64,000 nt of DNA, from NCBI RefSeq assembly GCF_009914755.1, contig NC_060937.1; one strand, 5' to 3'. The notes under the pieces were generated by a model. It was not told the origin of the DNA, ran no database searches, and was given only the letters and a program-made list of their open reading frames with translations. Positions 9,507 to 23,800 of this stretch are shown here, in pieces (position 1 is the stretch's first letter; each line of letters opens with the position of its first letter). The DNA is from the human T2T-CHM13v2.0 reference genome, Homo sapiens. Made by a program: the position numbers and the translations under genes.

Positions 9507-12500
9507 TCAAAGCGCTCCAAATGTCCACATCCAGATACTCCAGAAAGAGTGTTTCAAACCTGCTCTATGAAAGGGAATCTTCAACTCTATGAGTTGAATG
9601 CAGACATCAGAAAGAAATTTCTGAGAATGCTGCTGTCTACCTTTTATTTGAATTCCCGCTTCCAACGAAATCCTCCAAGCTATCCAAATATCCACTTGCA
9701 GATTCCACAAAAAGAGTGTTTCAAAACTGCTCTCTATCAATGGCAAAGTTCAACTCTGTTAGTTGAGGACACATATCACCAACAAGTTTCTGAGAATGCT
9801 TCTGTCTATTTTTTATGGGAAGATATTTCCTTTTTCACCGTAGGCGTCAAGGCGATCGAAATGTCCACTTCCACAAACTACAAAAAGAGTGTTTCAAACC
9901 TGCTCTATGAAAGGCCATGTTCATCTCTATGAGTCGAATGGAAATATCCGAAAGAAATTTCTGGGAATGCTGCTGTCTAGTTTTTATACGAATTCCCGCT
10001 TCCAACGAAATCCTCAAAGCAATCCAAATATCCACTTGCAGAATCCACAAAAAGAGTGTTTCAAAACTGCTCTATCAATAGAAAGGTTCAACTCTTTTAG
10101 TTGAGTACACACATCACAAACAAGTTTCTGAGAATGCTTCTGTCTGGCTTTTATTGGAAGACGTTTCCTTTTCACCAAAGGCATCAAAGCGCTCCAAATG
10201 TCCACTTCCAGATTCTTCCAAAAGAGTGTTTGAAACGTGCTCAAAGTAAGGGAATGTTCAACTCTGTGACTTGAATGCAGATATCACCAAGTAGTTTCTA
10301 ATAGTGCTTCTGTCTAGATTTTAGATGATGATATTCCCGTTTCCAACGAAATCGTTAGAGCTATCCAAATATCCACTTACAGTTGCTACAAAAACAGTGT
10401 TTCCAAACTGCTGCATCAAAAGAAAGGTTCAACTCTGTTAGTTGAGGACACACGTCACAAAGAAGTTTGTGAGAATGCTTCTGTCTAGATTTTGTATGAC
10501 GATATTCCCTTTTCCAACGATATCATTAAAGCAATCTAAATATCCATTTGCAGAATCCACAAAAATAGAGTTTCAAAGCTGCTCTGTAAAAAGAAAGGTT
10601 CCACTCTGTTAGCTGAGTACACACATCACAAACTTGTTTCTCAGAATCCTTCTGTCTCGTTTTTCTGGGAAGATATTTACTTTTTCACCGTAGGCATCAA
10701 AGCGCTCCAAATGTCCACATCCAGATACTCCAGAAAGAGTGTTTCAAACCTGCTCTATGAAAGGGAATCTTCAACTCTATGAGTTGAATGCAGACATCAG
10801 AAAGAAATTTCTGAGAATGCTGCTGTCTACCTTTTATTTGAATTCCCGCTTCCAACGAAATCCTCCAAGCTATCCAAATATCCACTTGCAGATTCCACAA
10901 AAAGAGTGTTTCAAAACTGCTCTCTATCAATGGCAAAGTTCAACTCTGTTAGTTGAGGACACATATCACCAACAAGTTTCTGAGAATGCTTCTGTCTATT
11001 TTTTATGGGAAGATATTTCCTTTTTCACCGTAGGCGTCAAGGCGATCGAAATGTCCACTTCCACAAACTACAAAAAGAGTGTTTCAAACCTGCTCTATGA
11101 AAGGCCATGTTCATCTCTATGAGTCGAATGGAAATATCCGAAAGAAATTTCTGGGAATGCTGCTGTCTAGTTTTTATACGAATTCCCGCTTCCAACGAAA
11201 TCCTCAAAGCAATCCAAATATCCACTTGCAGAATCCACAAAAAGAGTGTTTCAAAACTGCTCTATCAATAGAAAGGTTCAACTCTTTTAGTTGAGTACAC
11301 ACATCACAAACAAGTTTCTGAGAATGCTTCTGTCTGGCTTTTATTGGAAGACGTTTCCTTTTCACCAAAGGCATCAAAGCGCTCCAAATGTCCACTTCCA
11401 GATTCTTCCAAAAGAGTGTTTGAAACGTGCTCAAAGTAAGGGAATGTTCAACTCTGTGACTTGAATGCAGATATCACCAAGTAGTTTCTAATAGTGCTTC
11501 TGTCTAGATTTTAGATGATGATATTCCCGTTTCCAACGAAATCGTTAGAGCTATCCAAATATCCACTTACAGTTGCTACAAAAACAGTGTTTCCAAACTG
11601 CTGCATCAAAAGAAAGGTTCAACTCTGTTAGTTGAGGACACACGTCACAAAGAAGTTTGTGAGAATGCTTCTGTCTAGATTTTGTATGACGATATTCCCT
11701 TTTCCAACGATATCATTAAAGCAATCTAAATATCCATTTGCAGAATCCACAAAAATAGAGTTTCAAAGCTGCTCTGTAAAAAGAAAGGTTCCACTCTGTT
11801 AGCTGAGTACACACATCACAAACTTGTTTCTCAGAATCCTTCTGTCTCGTTTTTCTGGGAAGATATTTACTTTTTCACCGTAGGCATCAAAGCGCTCCAA
11901 ATGTCCACATCCAGATACTCCAGAAAGAGTGTTTCAAACCTGCTCTATGAAAGGGAATCTTCAACTCTATGAGTTGAATGCAGACATCAGAAAGAAATTT
12001 CTGAGAATGCTGCTGTCTACCTTTTATTTGAATTCCCGCTTCCAACGAAATCCTCCAAGCTATCCAAATATCCACTTGCAGATTCCACAAAAAGAGTGTT
12101 TCAAAACTGCTCTCTATCAATGGCAAAGTTCAACTCTGTTAGTTGAGGACACATATCACCAACAAGTTTCTGAGAATGCTTCTGTCTATTTTTTATGGGA
12201 AGATATTTCCTTTTTCACCGTAGGCGTCAAGGCGATCGAAATGTCCACTTCCACAAACTACAAAAAGAGTGTTTCAAACCTGCTCTATGAAAGGCCATGT
12301 TCATCTCTATGAGTCGAATGGAAATATCCGAAAGAAATTTCTGGGAATGCTGCTGTCTAGTTTTTATACGAATTCCCGCTTCCAACGAAATCCTCAAAGC
12401 AATCCAAATATCCACTTGCAGAATCCACAAAAAGAGTGTTTCAAAACTGCTCTATCAATAGAAAGGTTCAACTCTTTTAGTTGAGTACACACATCACAAA

Positions 12501-15500
12501 CAAGTTTCTGAGAATGCTTCTGTCTGGCTTTTATTGGAAGACGTTTCCTTTTCACCAAAGGCATCAAAGCGCTCCAAATGTCCACTTCCAGATTCTTCCA
12601 AAAGAGTGTTTGAAACGTGCTCAAAGTAAGGGAATGTTCAACTCTGTGACTTGAATGCAGATATCACCAAGTAGTTTCTAATAGTGCTTCTGTCTAGATT
12701 TTAGATGATGATATTCCCGTTTCCAACGAAATCGTTAGAGCTATCCAAATATCCACTTACAGTTGCTACAAAAACAGTGTTTCCAAACTGCTGCATCAAA
12801 AGAAAGGTTCAACTCTGTTAGTTGAGGACACACGTCACAAAGAAGTTTGTGAGAATGCTTCTGTCTAGATTTTGTATGACGATATTCCCTTTTCCAACGA
12901 TATCGTTAAAGCAATCTAAATATCCATTTGCAGAATCCACAAAAATAGAGTTTCAAAGCTGCTCTGTAAAAAGAAAGGTTCCACTCTGTTAGCTGAGTAC
13001 ACACATCACAAACTTGTTTCTCAGAATCCTTCTGTCTCGTTTTTCTGGGAAGATATTTACTTTTTCACCGTAGGCATCAAAGCGCTCCAAATGTCCACAT
13101 CCAGATACTCCAGAAAGAGTGTTTCAAACCTGCTCTATGAAAGGGAATCTTCAACTCTATGAGTTGAATGCAGACATCAGAAAGAAATTTCTGAGAATGC
13201 TGCTGTCTACCTTTTATTTGAATTCCCGCTTCCAACGAAATCCTCCAAGCTATCCAAATATCCACTTGCAGATTCCACAAAAAGAGTGTTTCAAAACTGC
13301 TCTCTATCAATGGCAAAGTTCAACTCTGTTAGTTGAGGACACATATCACCAACAAGTTTCTGAGAATGCTTCTGTCTATTTTTTATGGGAAGATATTTCC
13401 TTTTTCACCGTAGGCGTCAAGGCGATCGAAATGTCCACTTCCACAAACTACAAAAAGAGTGTTTCAAACCTGCTCTATGAAAGGCCATGTTCATCTCTAT
13501 GAGTCGAATGGAAATATCCGAAAGAAATTTCTGGGAATGCTGCTGTCTAGTTTTTATACGAATTCCCGCTTCCAACGAAATCCTCAAAGCAATCCAAATA
13601 TCCACTTGCAGAATCCACAAAAAGAGTGTTTCAAAACTGCTCTATCAATAGAAAGGTTCAACTCTTTTAGTTGAGTACACACATCACAAACAAGTTTCTG
13701 AGAATGCTTCTGTCTGGCTTTTATTGGAAGACGTTTCCTTTTCACCAAAGGCATCAAAGCGCTCCAAATGTCCACTTCCAGATTCTTCCAAAAGAGTGTT
13801 TGAAACGTGCTCAAAGTAAGGGAATGTTCAACTCTGTGACTTGAATGCAGATATCACCAAGTAGTTTCTAATAGTGCTTCTGTCTAGATTTTAGATGATG
13901 ATATTCCCGTTTCCAACGAAATCGTTAGAGCTATCCAAATATCCACTTACAGTTGCTACAGAAACAGTGTTTCCAAACTGCTGCATCAAAAGAAAGGTTC
14001 AACTCTGTTAGTTGAGGACACACGTCACAAAGAAGTTTGTGAGAATGCTTCTGTCTAGATTTTGTATGACGATATTCCCTTTTCCAACGATATCGTTAAA
14101 GCAATCTAAATATCCATTTGCAGAATCCACAAAAATAGAGTTTCAAAGCTGCTCTGTAAAAAGAAAGGTTCCACTCTGTTAGCTGAGTACACACATCACA
14201 AACTTGTTTCTCAGAATCCTTCTGTCTCGTTTTTCTGGGAAGATATTTACTTTTTCACCGTAGGCATCAAAGCGCTCCAAATGTCCACATCCAGATACTC
14301 CAGAAAGAGTGTTTCAAACCTGCTCTATGAAAGGGAATCTTCAACTCTATGAGTTGAATGCAGACATCAGAAAGAAATTTCTGAGAATGCTGCTGTCTAC
14401 CTTTTATTTGAATTCCCGCTTCCAACGAAATCCTCCAAGCTATCCAAATATCCACTTGCAGATTCCACAAAAAGAGTGTTTCAAAACTGCTCTCTATCAA
14501 TGGCAAAGTTCAACTCTGTTAGTTGAGGACACATATCACCAACAAGTTTCTGAGAATGCTTCTGTCTATTTTTTATGGGAAGATATTTCCTTTTTCACCG
14601 TAGGCGTCAAGGCGATCGAAATGTCCACTTCCACAAACTACAAAAAGAGTGTTTCAAACCTGCTCTATGAAAGGCCATGTTCATCTCTATGAGTCGAATG
14701 GAAATATCCGAAAGAAATTTCTGGGAATGCTGCTGTCTAGTTTTTATACGAATTCCCGCTTCCAACGAAATCCTCAAAGCAATCCAAATATCCACTTGCA
14801 GAATCCACAAAAAGAGTGTTTCAAAACTGCTCTATCAATAGAAAGGTTCAACTCTTTTAGTTGAGTACACACATCACAAACAAGTTTCTGAGAATGCTTC
14901 TGTCTGGCTTTTATTGGAAGACGTTTCCTTTTCACCAAAGGCATCAAAGCGCTCCAAATGTCCACTTCCAGATTCTTCCAAAAGAGTGTTTGAAACGTGC
15001 TCAAAGTAAGGGAATGTTCAACTCTGTGACTTGAATGCAGATATCACCAAGTAGTTTCTAATAGTGCTTCTGTCTAGATTTTAGATGATGATATTCCCGT
15101 TTCCAACGAAATCGTTAGAGCTATCCAAATATCCACTTACAGTTGCTACAAAAACAGTGTTTCCAAACTGCTGCATCAAAAGAAAGGTTCAACTCTGTTA
15201 GTTGAGGACACACGTCACAAAGAAGTTTGTGAGAATGCTTCTGTCTAGATTTTGTATGACGATATTCCCTTTTCCAACGATATCATTAAAGCAATCTAAA
15301 TATCCATTTGCAGAATCCACAAAAATAGAGTTTCAAAGCTGCTCTGTAAAAAGAAAGGTTCCACTCTGTTAGCTGAGTACACACATCACAAACTTGTTTC
15401 TCAGAATCCTTCTGTCTCGTTTTTATGGGAAGATATTTACTTTTTCACCGTAGGCATCAAAGCGCTCCAAATGTCCACATCCAGATACTCCAGAAAGAGT

Positions 15501-17836
15501 GTTTCAAACCTGCTCTATGAAAGGGAATCTTCAACTCTATGAGTTGAATGCAGACATCAGAAAGAAATTTCTGAGAATGCTGCTGTCTACCTTTTATTTG
15601 AATTCCCGCTTCCAACGAAATCCTCCAAGCTATCCAAATATCCACTTGCAGATTCCACAAAAAGAGTGTTTCAAAACTGCTCTCTATCAATGGCAAAGTT
15701 CAACTCTGTTAGTTGAGGACACATATCACCAACAAGTTTCTGAGAATGCTTCTGTCTATTTTTTATGGGAAGATATTTCCTTTTTCACCGTAGGCGTCAA
15801 GGCGATCGAAATGTCCACTTCCACAAACTACAAAAAGAGTGTTTCAAACCTGCTCTATGAAAGGCCATGTTCATCTCTATGAGTCGAATGGAAATATCCG
15901 AAAGAAATTTCTGGGAATGCTGCTGTCTAGTTTTTATACGAATTCCCGCTTCCAACGAAATCCTCAAAGCAATCCAAATATCCACTTGCAGAATCCACAA
16001 AAAGAGTGTTTCAAAACTGCTCTATCAATAGAAAGGTTCAACTCTTTTAGTTGAGTACACACATCACAAACAAGTTTCTGAGAATGCTTCTGTCTGGCTT
16101 TTATTGGAAGACGTTTCCTTTTCACCAAAGGCATCAAAGCGCTCCAAATGTCCACTTCCAGATTCTTCCAAAAGAGTGTTTGAAACGTGCTCAAAGTAAG
16201 GGAATGTTCAACTCTGTGACTTGAATGCAGATATCACCAAGTAGTTTCTAATAGTGCTTCTGTCTAGATTTTAGATGATGATATTCCCGTTTCCAACGAA
16301 ATCGTTAGAGCTATCCAAATATCCACTTACAGTTGCTACAAAAACAGTGTTTCCAAACTGCTGCATCAAAAGAAAGGTTCAACTCTGTTAGTTGAGGACA
16401 CACGTCACAAAGAAGTTTGTGAGAATGCTTCTGTCTAGATTTTGTATGACGATATTCCCTTTTCCAACGATATCGTTAAAGCAATCTAAATATCCATTTG
16501 CAGAATCCACAAAAATAGAGTTTCAAAGCTGCTCTGTAAAAAGAAAGGTTCCACTCTGTTAGCTGAGTACACACATCACAAACTTGTTTCTCAGAATCCT
16601 TCTGTCTCGTTTTTCTGGGAAGATATTTACTTTTTCACCGTAGGCATCAAAGCGCTCCAAATGTCCACATCCAGATACTCCAGAAAGAGTGTTTCAAACC
16701 TGCTCTATGAAAGGGAATCTTCAACTCTATGAGTTGAATGCAGACATCAGAAAGAAATTTCTGAGAATGCTGCTGTCTACCTTTTATTTGAATTCCCGCT
16801 TCCAACGAAATCCTCCAAGCTATCCAAATATCCACTTGCAGATTCCACAAAAAGAGTGTTTCAAAACTGCTCTCTATCAATGGCAAAGTTCAACTCTGTT
16901 AGTTGAGGACACATATCACCAACAAGTTTCTGAGAATGCTTCTGTCTATTTTTTATGGGAAGATATTTCCTTTTTCACCGTAGGCGTCAAGGCGATCGAA
17001 ATGTCCACTTCCACAAACTACAAAAAGAGTGTTTCAAACCTGCTCTATGAAAGGCCATGTTCATCTCTATGAGTCGAATGGAAATATCCGAAAGAAATTT
17101 CTGGGAATGCTGCTGTCTAGTTTTTATACGAATTCCCGCTTCCAACGAAATCCTCAAAGCAATCCAAATATCCACTTGCAGAATCCACAAAAAGAGTGTT
17201 TCAAAACTGCTCTATCAATAGAAAGGTTCAACTCTTTTAGTTGAGTACACACATCACAAACAAGTTTCTGAGAATGCTTCGGTCTGGCTTTTATTGGAAG
17301 ACGTTTCCTTTTCACCAAAGGCATCAAAGCGCTCCAAATGTCCACTTCCAGATTCTTCCAAAAGAGTGTTTGAAACGTGCTCAAAGTAAGGGAATGTTCA
17401 ACTCTGTGACTTGAATGCAGATATCACCAAGTAGTTTCTAATAGTGCTTCTGTCTAGATTTTAGATGATGATATTCCCGTTTCCAACGAAATCGTTAGAG
17501 CTATCCAAATATCCACTTACAGTTTCTACAAAAAGAGTGTTTCCAAACTGCTGCATCAAAAGAAAGGTTCAACTCTGTTAGTTGAGGACACACGTCACAA
17601 AGAAGTTTGTGAGAATGCTTCTGTCTAGATTTTGTATGACCATATTCCCTTTTCCAGCGATATCATTAAAGCAATCTAAATATCCATTTGCAGAATCCAC
17701 AAAAATAGAGTTTCAAAGCTGCTCTGTAAAAAGAAAGGTTCCACTCTGTTAGCTGAGTACACACATCACAAACTTGTTTCTCAGAATCCTTCTGTCTCGT
17801 TTTTCTGGGAAGATATTTACTTTTTCACCGTAGGCA
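9507..17836 (-). repeat. Run of seven consecutive 1190 bp 7-mer modules
   Basis: Module starts at 9507, 10697, 11887, 13077, 14267, 15457 and 16647, with no 4-mer between them. Confidence 0.95.
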
Positions 17837-20800
17837 TCAAAGCGCTCCAAATGTCCACATCCAGATACTCCAGAAAGAGTGTTTCAAACCTGCTCTATGA
17901 AAGGGAATCTTCAACTCTATGAGTTGAATGCAGACATCAGAAAGAAATTTCTGAGAATGCTGCTGTCTACCTTTTATTTGAATTCCCGCTTCCAACGAAA
18001 TCCTCCAAGCTATCCAAATATCCACCTGCATTTTCCACAAAAAGAGCGTTTCAAAACTGCTCTATCAATAGAAATGTTCAACTCCTTTGGCTGGGTACAC
18101 ACATCACAAACAAGTTTCTGAGAATGCTTCTGTCTAGTTTTTATGGGAAGACATTCCCTTTTTCACCAAAGGCATCAAAGCGCTCCAAATGTCCACTTCC
18201 AGACACTACAAAAAGAGTGTTTCCAACGTGCTCTAAGAAAGCGAATGTTCAACTCTGTGACTTGAATGCAGATATCACAAAGTAGTTTCTGAGAGGGCTT
18301 CTGTCTAGATTTTAGATGATGATATTCCCGTTTCCAACGAAATCATTAGAGCTATCCAAATATCCACTTACAGTTTCTACAAAAAGAGTGTTTCCAAACT
18401 GCTGCATCAAAAGAGAGGTTCCACTCTGTTAGCTGAGTACACACATCACAAACTTGTTTCTGAGAATCCTTCTGTGTCGTTTTTATGGGAAGATATTTAC
18501 TTTTTCACCGTAGGCATCAAAGCGCTCCAAATGTCCACATCCAGATACTCCAGAAAGAGTGTTTCAAACCTGCTCTATGAAAGGGAATCTTCAACTCTAT
18601 GAGTTGAATGCAGACATCAGAAAGAAATTTCTGAGAATGCTGCTGTCTACCTTTTATTTGAATTCCCGCTTCCAACGAAATCCTCCAAGCTATCCAAATA
18701 TCCACTTGCAGATTCCACAAAAAGAGTGTTTCAAAACTGCTCTCTATCAATGGCAAAGTTCAACTCTGTTAGTTGAGGACACATATCACCAACAAGTTTC
18801 TGAGAATGCTTCTGTCTATTTTTTATGGGAAGATATTTCCTTTTTCACCGTAGGCGTCAAGGCGATCGAAATGTCCACTTCCACAAACTACAAAAAGAGT
18901 GTTTCAAACCTGCTCTATGAAAGGCCATGTTCATCTCTATGAGTCGAATGGAAATATCCGAAAGAAATTTCTGGGAATGCTGCTGTCTAGTTTTTATACG
19001 AATTCCCGCTTCCAACGAAATCCTCAAAGCAATCCAAATATCCACTTGCAGAATCCACAAAAAGAGTGTTTCAAAACTGCTCTATCAATAGAAAGGTTCA
19101 ACTCTTTTAGTTGAGTACACACATCACAAACAAGTTTCTGAGAATGCTTCTGTCTGGCTTTTATTGGAAGACGTTTCCTTTTCACCAAAGGCATCAAAGC
19201 GCTCCAAATGTCCACTTCCAGATTCTTCCAAAAGAGTGTTTGAAACGTGCTCAAAGTAAGGGAATGTTCAACTCTGTGACTTGAATGCAGATATCACCAA
19301 GTAGTTTCTAATAGTGCTTCTGTCTAGATTTTAGATGATGATATTCCCGTTTCCAACGAAATCGTTAGAGCTATCCAAATATCCACTTACAGTTTCTACA
19401 AAAAGAGTGTTTCCAAACTGCTGCATCAAAAGAAAGGTTCAACTCTGTTAGTTGAGGACACACATCACAAAGAAGTTTGTGAGAATGCTTCTGTCTAGAT
19501 TTTGTATGACCATATTCCCTTTTCCAGCGATATCATTAAAGCAATCTAAATATCCATTTGCAGAATCCACAAAAATAGAGTTTCAAAGCTGCTCTGTAAA
19601 AAGAAAGGTTCCACTCTGTTAGCTGAGTACACACATCACAAACTTGTTTCTGAGAATCCTTCTGTCTCGTTTTTATGGGAAGATATTTACTTTTTCACCG
19701 TAGGCATCAAAGCGCTCCAAATGTCCACATCCAGATACTCCAGAAAGAGTGTTTCAAACCTGCTCTATGAAAGGGAATCTTCAACTCTATGAGTTGAATG
19801 CAGACATCAGAAAGAAATTTCTGAGAATGCTGCTGTCTACCTTTTATTTGAATTCCCGCTTCCAACGAAATCCTCCAAGCTATCCAAATATCCACCTGCA
19901 TTTTCCACAAAAAGAGCGTTTCAAAACTGCTCTATCAATAGAAATGTTCAACTCCTTTGGCTGGGTACACACATCACAAACAAGTTTCTGAGAATGCTTC
20001 TGTCTAGTTTTTATGGGAAGACATTCCCTTTTTCACCAAAGGCATCAAAGCGCTCCAAATGTCCACTTCCAGACACTACAAAAAGAGTGTTTCCAACGTG
20101 CTCTAAGAAAGCGAATGTTCAACTCTGTGACTTGAATGCAGATATCACAAAGTAGTTTCTGAGAGGGCTTCTGTCTAGATTTTAGATGATGATATTCCCG
20201 TTTCCAACGAAATCATTAGAGCTATCCAAATATCCACTTACAGTTTCTACAAAAAGAGTGTTTCCAAACTGCTGCATCAAAAGAGAGGTTCCACTCTGTT
20301 AGCTGAGTACACACATCACAAACTTGTTTCTGAGAATCCTTCTGTCTCGTTTTTCTGGGAAGATATTTACTTTTTCACCGTAGGCATCAAAGCGCTCCAA
20401 ATGTCCACATCCAGATACTCCAGAAAGAGTGTTTCAAACCTGCTCTATGAAAGGGAATCTTCAACTCTATGAGTTGAATGCAGACATCAGAAAGAAATTT
20501 CTGAGAATGCTGCTGTCTACCTTTTATTTGAATTCCCGCTTCCAACGAAATCCTCCAAGCTATCCAAATATCCACTTGCAGATTCCACAAAAAGAGTGTT
20601 TCAAAACTGCTCTCTATCAATGGCAAAGTTCAACTCTGTTAGTTGAGGACACATATCACCAACAAGTTTCTGAGAATGCTTCTGTCTATTTTTTATGGGA
20701 AGATATTTCCTTTTTCACCGTAGGCGTCAAGGCGATCGAAATGTCCACTTCCACAAACTACAAAAAGAGTGTTTCAAACCTGCTCTATGAAAGGCCATGT

Positions 20801-23800
20801 TCATCTCTATGAGTCGAATGGAAATATCCGAAAGAAATTTCTGGGAATGCTGCTGTCTAGTTTTTATACGAATTCCCGCTTCCAACGAAATCCTCAAAGC
20901 AATCCAAATATCCACTTGCAGAATCCACAAAAAGAGTGTTTCAAAACTGCTCTATCAATAGAAAGGTTCAACTCTTTTAGTTGAGTACACACATCACAAA
21001 CAAGTTTCTGAGAATGCTTCTGTCTGGCTTTTATTGGAAGACGTTTCCTTTTCACCAAAGGCATCAAAGCGCTCCAAATGTCCACTTCCAGATTCTTCCA
21101 AAAGAGTGTTTGAAACGTGCTCAAAGTAAGGGAATGTTCAACTCTGTGACTTGAATGCAGATATCACCAAGTAGTTTCTAATAGTGCTTCTGTCTAGATT
21201 TTAGATGATGATATTCCCGTTTCCAACGAAATCGTTAGAGCTATCCAAATATCCACTTACAGTTGCTACAAAAACAGTGTTTCCAAACTGCTGCATCAAA
21301 AGAAAGGTTCAACTCTGTTAGTTGAGGACACACGTCACAAAGAAGTTTGTGAGAATGCTTCTGTCTAGATTTTGTATGACGATATTCCCTTTTCCAACGA
21401 TATCGTTAAAGCAATCTAAATATCCATTTGCAGAATCCACAAAAATAGAGTTTCAAAGCTGCTCTGTAAAAAGAAAGGTTCCACTCTGTTAGCTGAGTAC
21501 ACACATCACAAACTTGTTTCTCAGAATCCTTCTGTCTCGTTTTTCTGGGAAGATATTTACTTTTTCACCGTAGGCATCAAAGCGCTCCAAATGTCCACAT
21601 CCAGATACTCCAGAAAGAGTGTTTCAAACCTGCTCTATGAAAGGGAATCTTCAACTCTATGAGTTGAATGCAGACATCAGAAAGAAATTTCTGAGAATGC
21701 TGCTGTCTACCTTTTATTTGAATTCCCGCTTCCAACGAAATCCTCCAAGCTATCCAAATATCCACTTGCAGATTCCACAAAAAGAGTGTTTCAAAACTGC
21801 TCTCTATCAATGGCAAAGTTCAACTCTGTTAGTTGAGGACACATATCACCAACAAGTTTCTGAGAATGCTTCTGTCTATTTTTTATGGGAAGATATTTCC
21901 TTTTTCACCGTAGGCGTCAAGGCGATCGAAATGTCCACTTCCACAAACTACAAAAAGAGTGTTTCAAACCTGCTCTATGAAAGGCCATGTTCATCTCTAT
22001 GAGTCGAATGGAAATATCCGAAAGAAATTTCTGGGAATGCTGCTGTCTAGTTTTTATACGAATTCCCGCTTCCAACGAAATCCTCAAAGCAATCCAAATA
22101 TCCACTTGCAGAATCCACAAAAAGAGTGTTTCAAAACTGCTCTATCAATAGAAAGGTTCAACTCTTTTAGTTGAGTACACACATCACAAACAAGTTTCTG
22201 AGAATGCTTCTGTCTGGCTTTTATTGGAAGACGTTTCCTTTTCACCAAAGGCATCAAAGCGCTCCAAATGTCCACTTCCAGATTCTTCCAAAAGAGTGTT
22301 TGAAACGTGCTCAAAGTAAGGGAATGTTCAACTCTGTGACTTGAATGCAGATATCACCAAGTAGTTTCTAATAGTGCTTCTGTCTAGATTTTAGATGATG
22401 ATATTCCCGTTTCCAACGAAATCGTTAGAGCTATCCAAATATCCACTTACAGTTTCTACAAAAAGAGTGTTTCCAAACTGCTGCATCAAAAGAAAGGTTC
22501 AACTCTGTTAGTTGAGGACACACATCACAAAGAAGTTTGTGAGAATGCTTCTGTCTAGATTTTGTATGACCATATTCCCTTTTCCAGCGATATCATTAAA
22601 GCAATCTAAATATCCATTTGCAGAATCCACAAAATTAGAGTTTCAAAGCTGCTCTGTAAAAAGAAAGGTTCCACTCTGTTAGCTGAGTACACACATCACA
22701 AACTTGTTTCTCAGAATCCTTCTGTCTCGTTTTTATGGGAAGATATTTACTTTTTCACCGTAGGCATCAAAGCGCTCCAAATGTCCACATCCAGATACTC
22801 CAGAAAGAGTGTTTCAAACCTGCTCTATGAAAGGGAATCTTCAACTCTATGAGTTGAATGCAGACATCAGAAAGAAATTTCTGAGAATGCTGCTGTCTAC
22901 CTTTTATTTGAACTCCCGCTTCCAACGAAATCCTCCAAGCTATCCAAATATCCACTTGCATTTTCCACAAAAAGAGTGCTTCAAAACTGCTCTATCAATA
23001 AATGTTCAACTCCTTTAGCTGGGTGCACACATCACAAACAAGTTTCTGAGAATGCTTCTGTCTAGATTTTATGGGAAGACATTCCCTTTTTCACCAAAGG
23101 CATCAAAGCGCTCCAAATGTCCACTTCCAGACACTACAAAAAGAGTGTTTCCAACGTGCTCTAAGAAAGCGAATGTTCAACTCTGTGACTTGAATGCAGA
23201 TATCACAAAGTAGTTTCTGAGAGGGCTTCTGTCTAGATTTTAGATGATGATATTCCCGTTTCCAACGAAATCATTAGAGCTATCCAAATATCCACTTACA
23301 GTTTCTACAAAAAGAGTGTTTCCAAACTGCTGCATCAAAAGAGAGGTTCCACTCTGTTAGCTGAGTACACACATCACAAACTTGTTTCTGAGAATCCTTC
23401 TGTGTCGTTTTTATGGGAAGATATTTACTTTTTCACCGTAGGCATCAAAGCGCTCCAAATGTCCACATCCAGATACTCCAGAAAGAGTGTTTCAAACCTG
23501 CTCTATGAAAGGGAATCTTCAACTCTATGAGTTGAATGCAGACATCAGAAAGAAATTTCTGAGAATGCTGCTGTCTACCTTTTATTTGAATTCCCGCTTC
23601 CAACGAAATCCTCCAAGCTATCCAAATATCCACTTGCAGATTCCACAAAAAGAGTGTTTCAAAACTGCTCTCTATCAATGGCAAAGTTCAACTCTGTTAG
23701 TTGAGGACACATATCACCAACAAGTTTCTGAGAATGCTTCTGTCTATTTTTTATGGGAAGATATTTCCTTTTTCACCGTAGGCGTCAAGGCGATCGAAAT

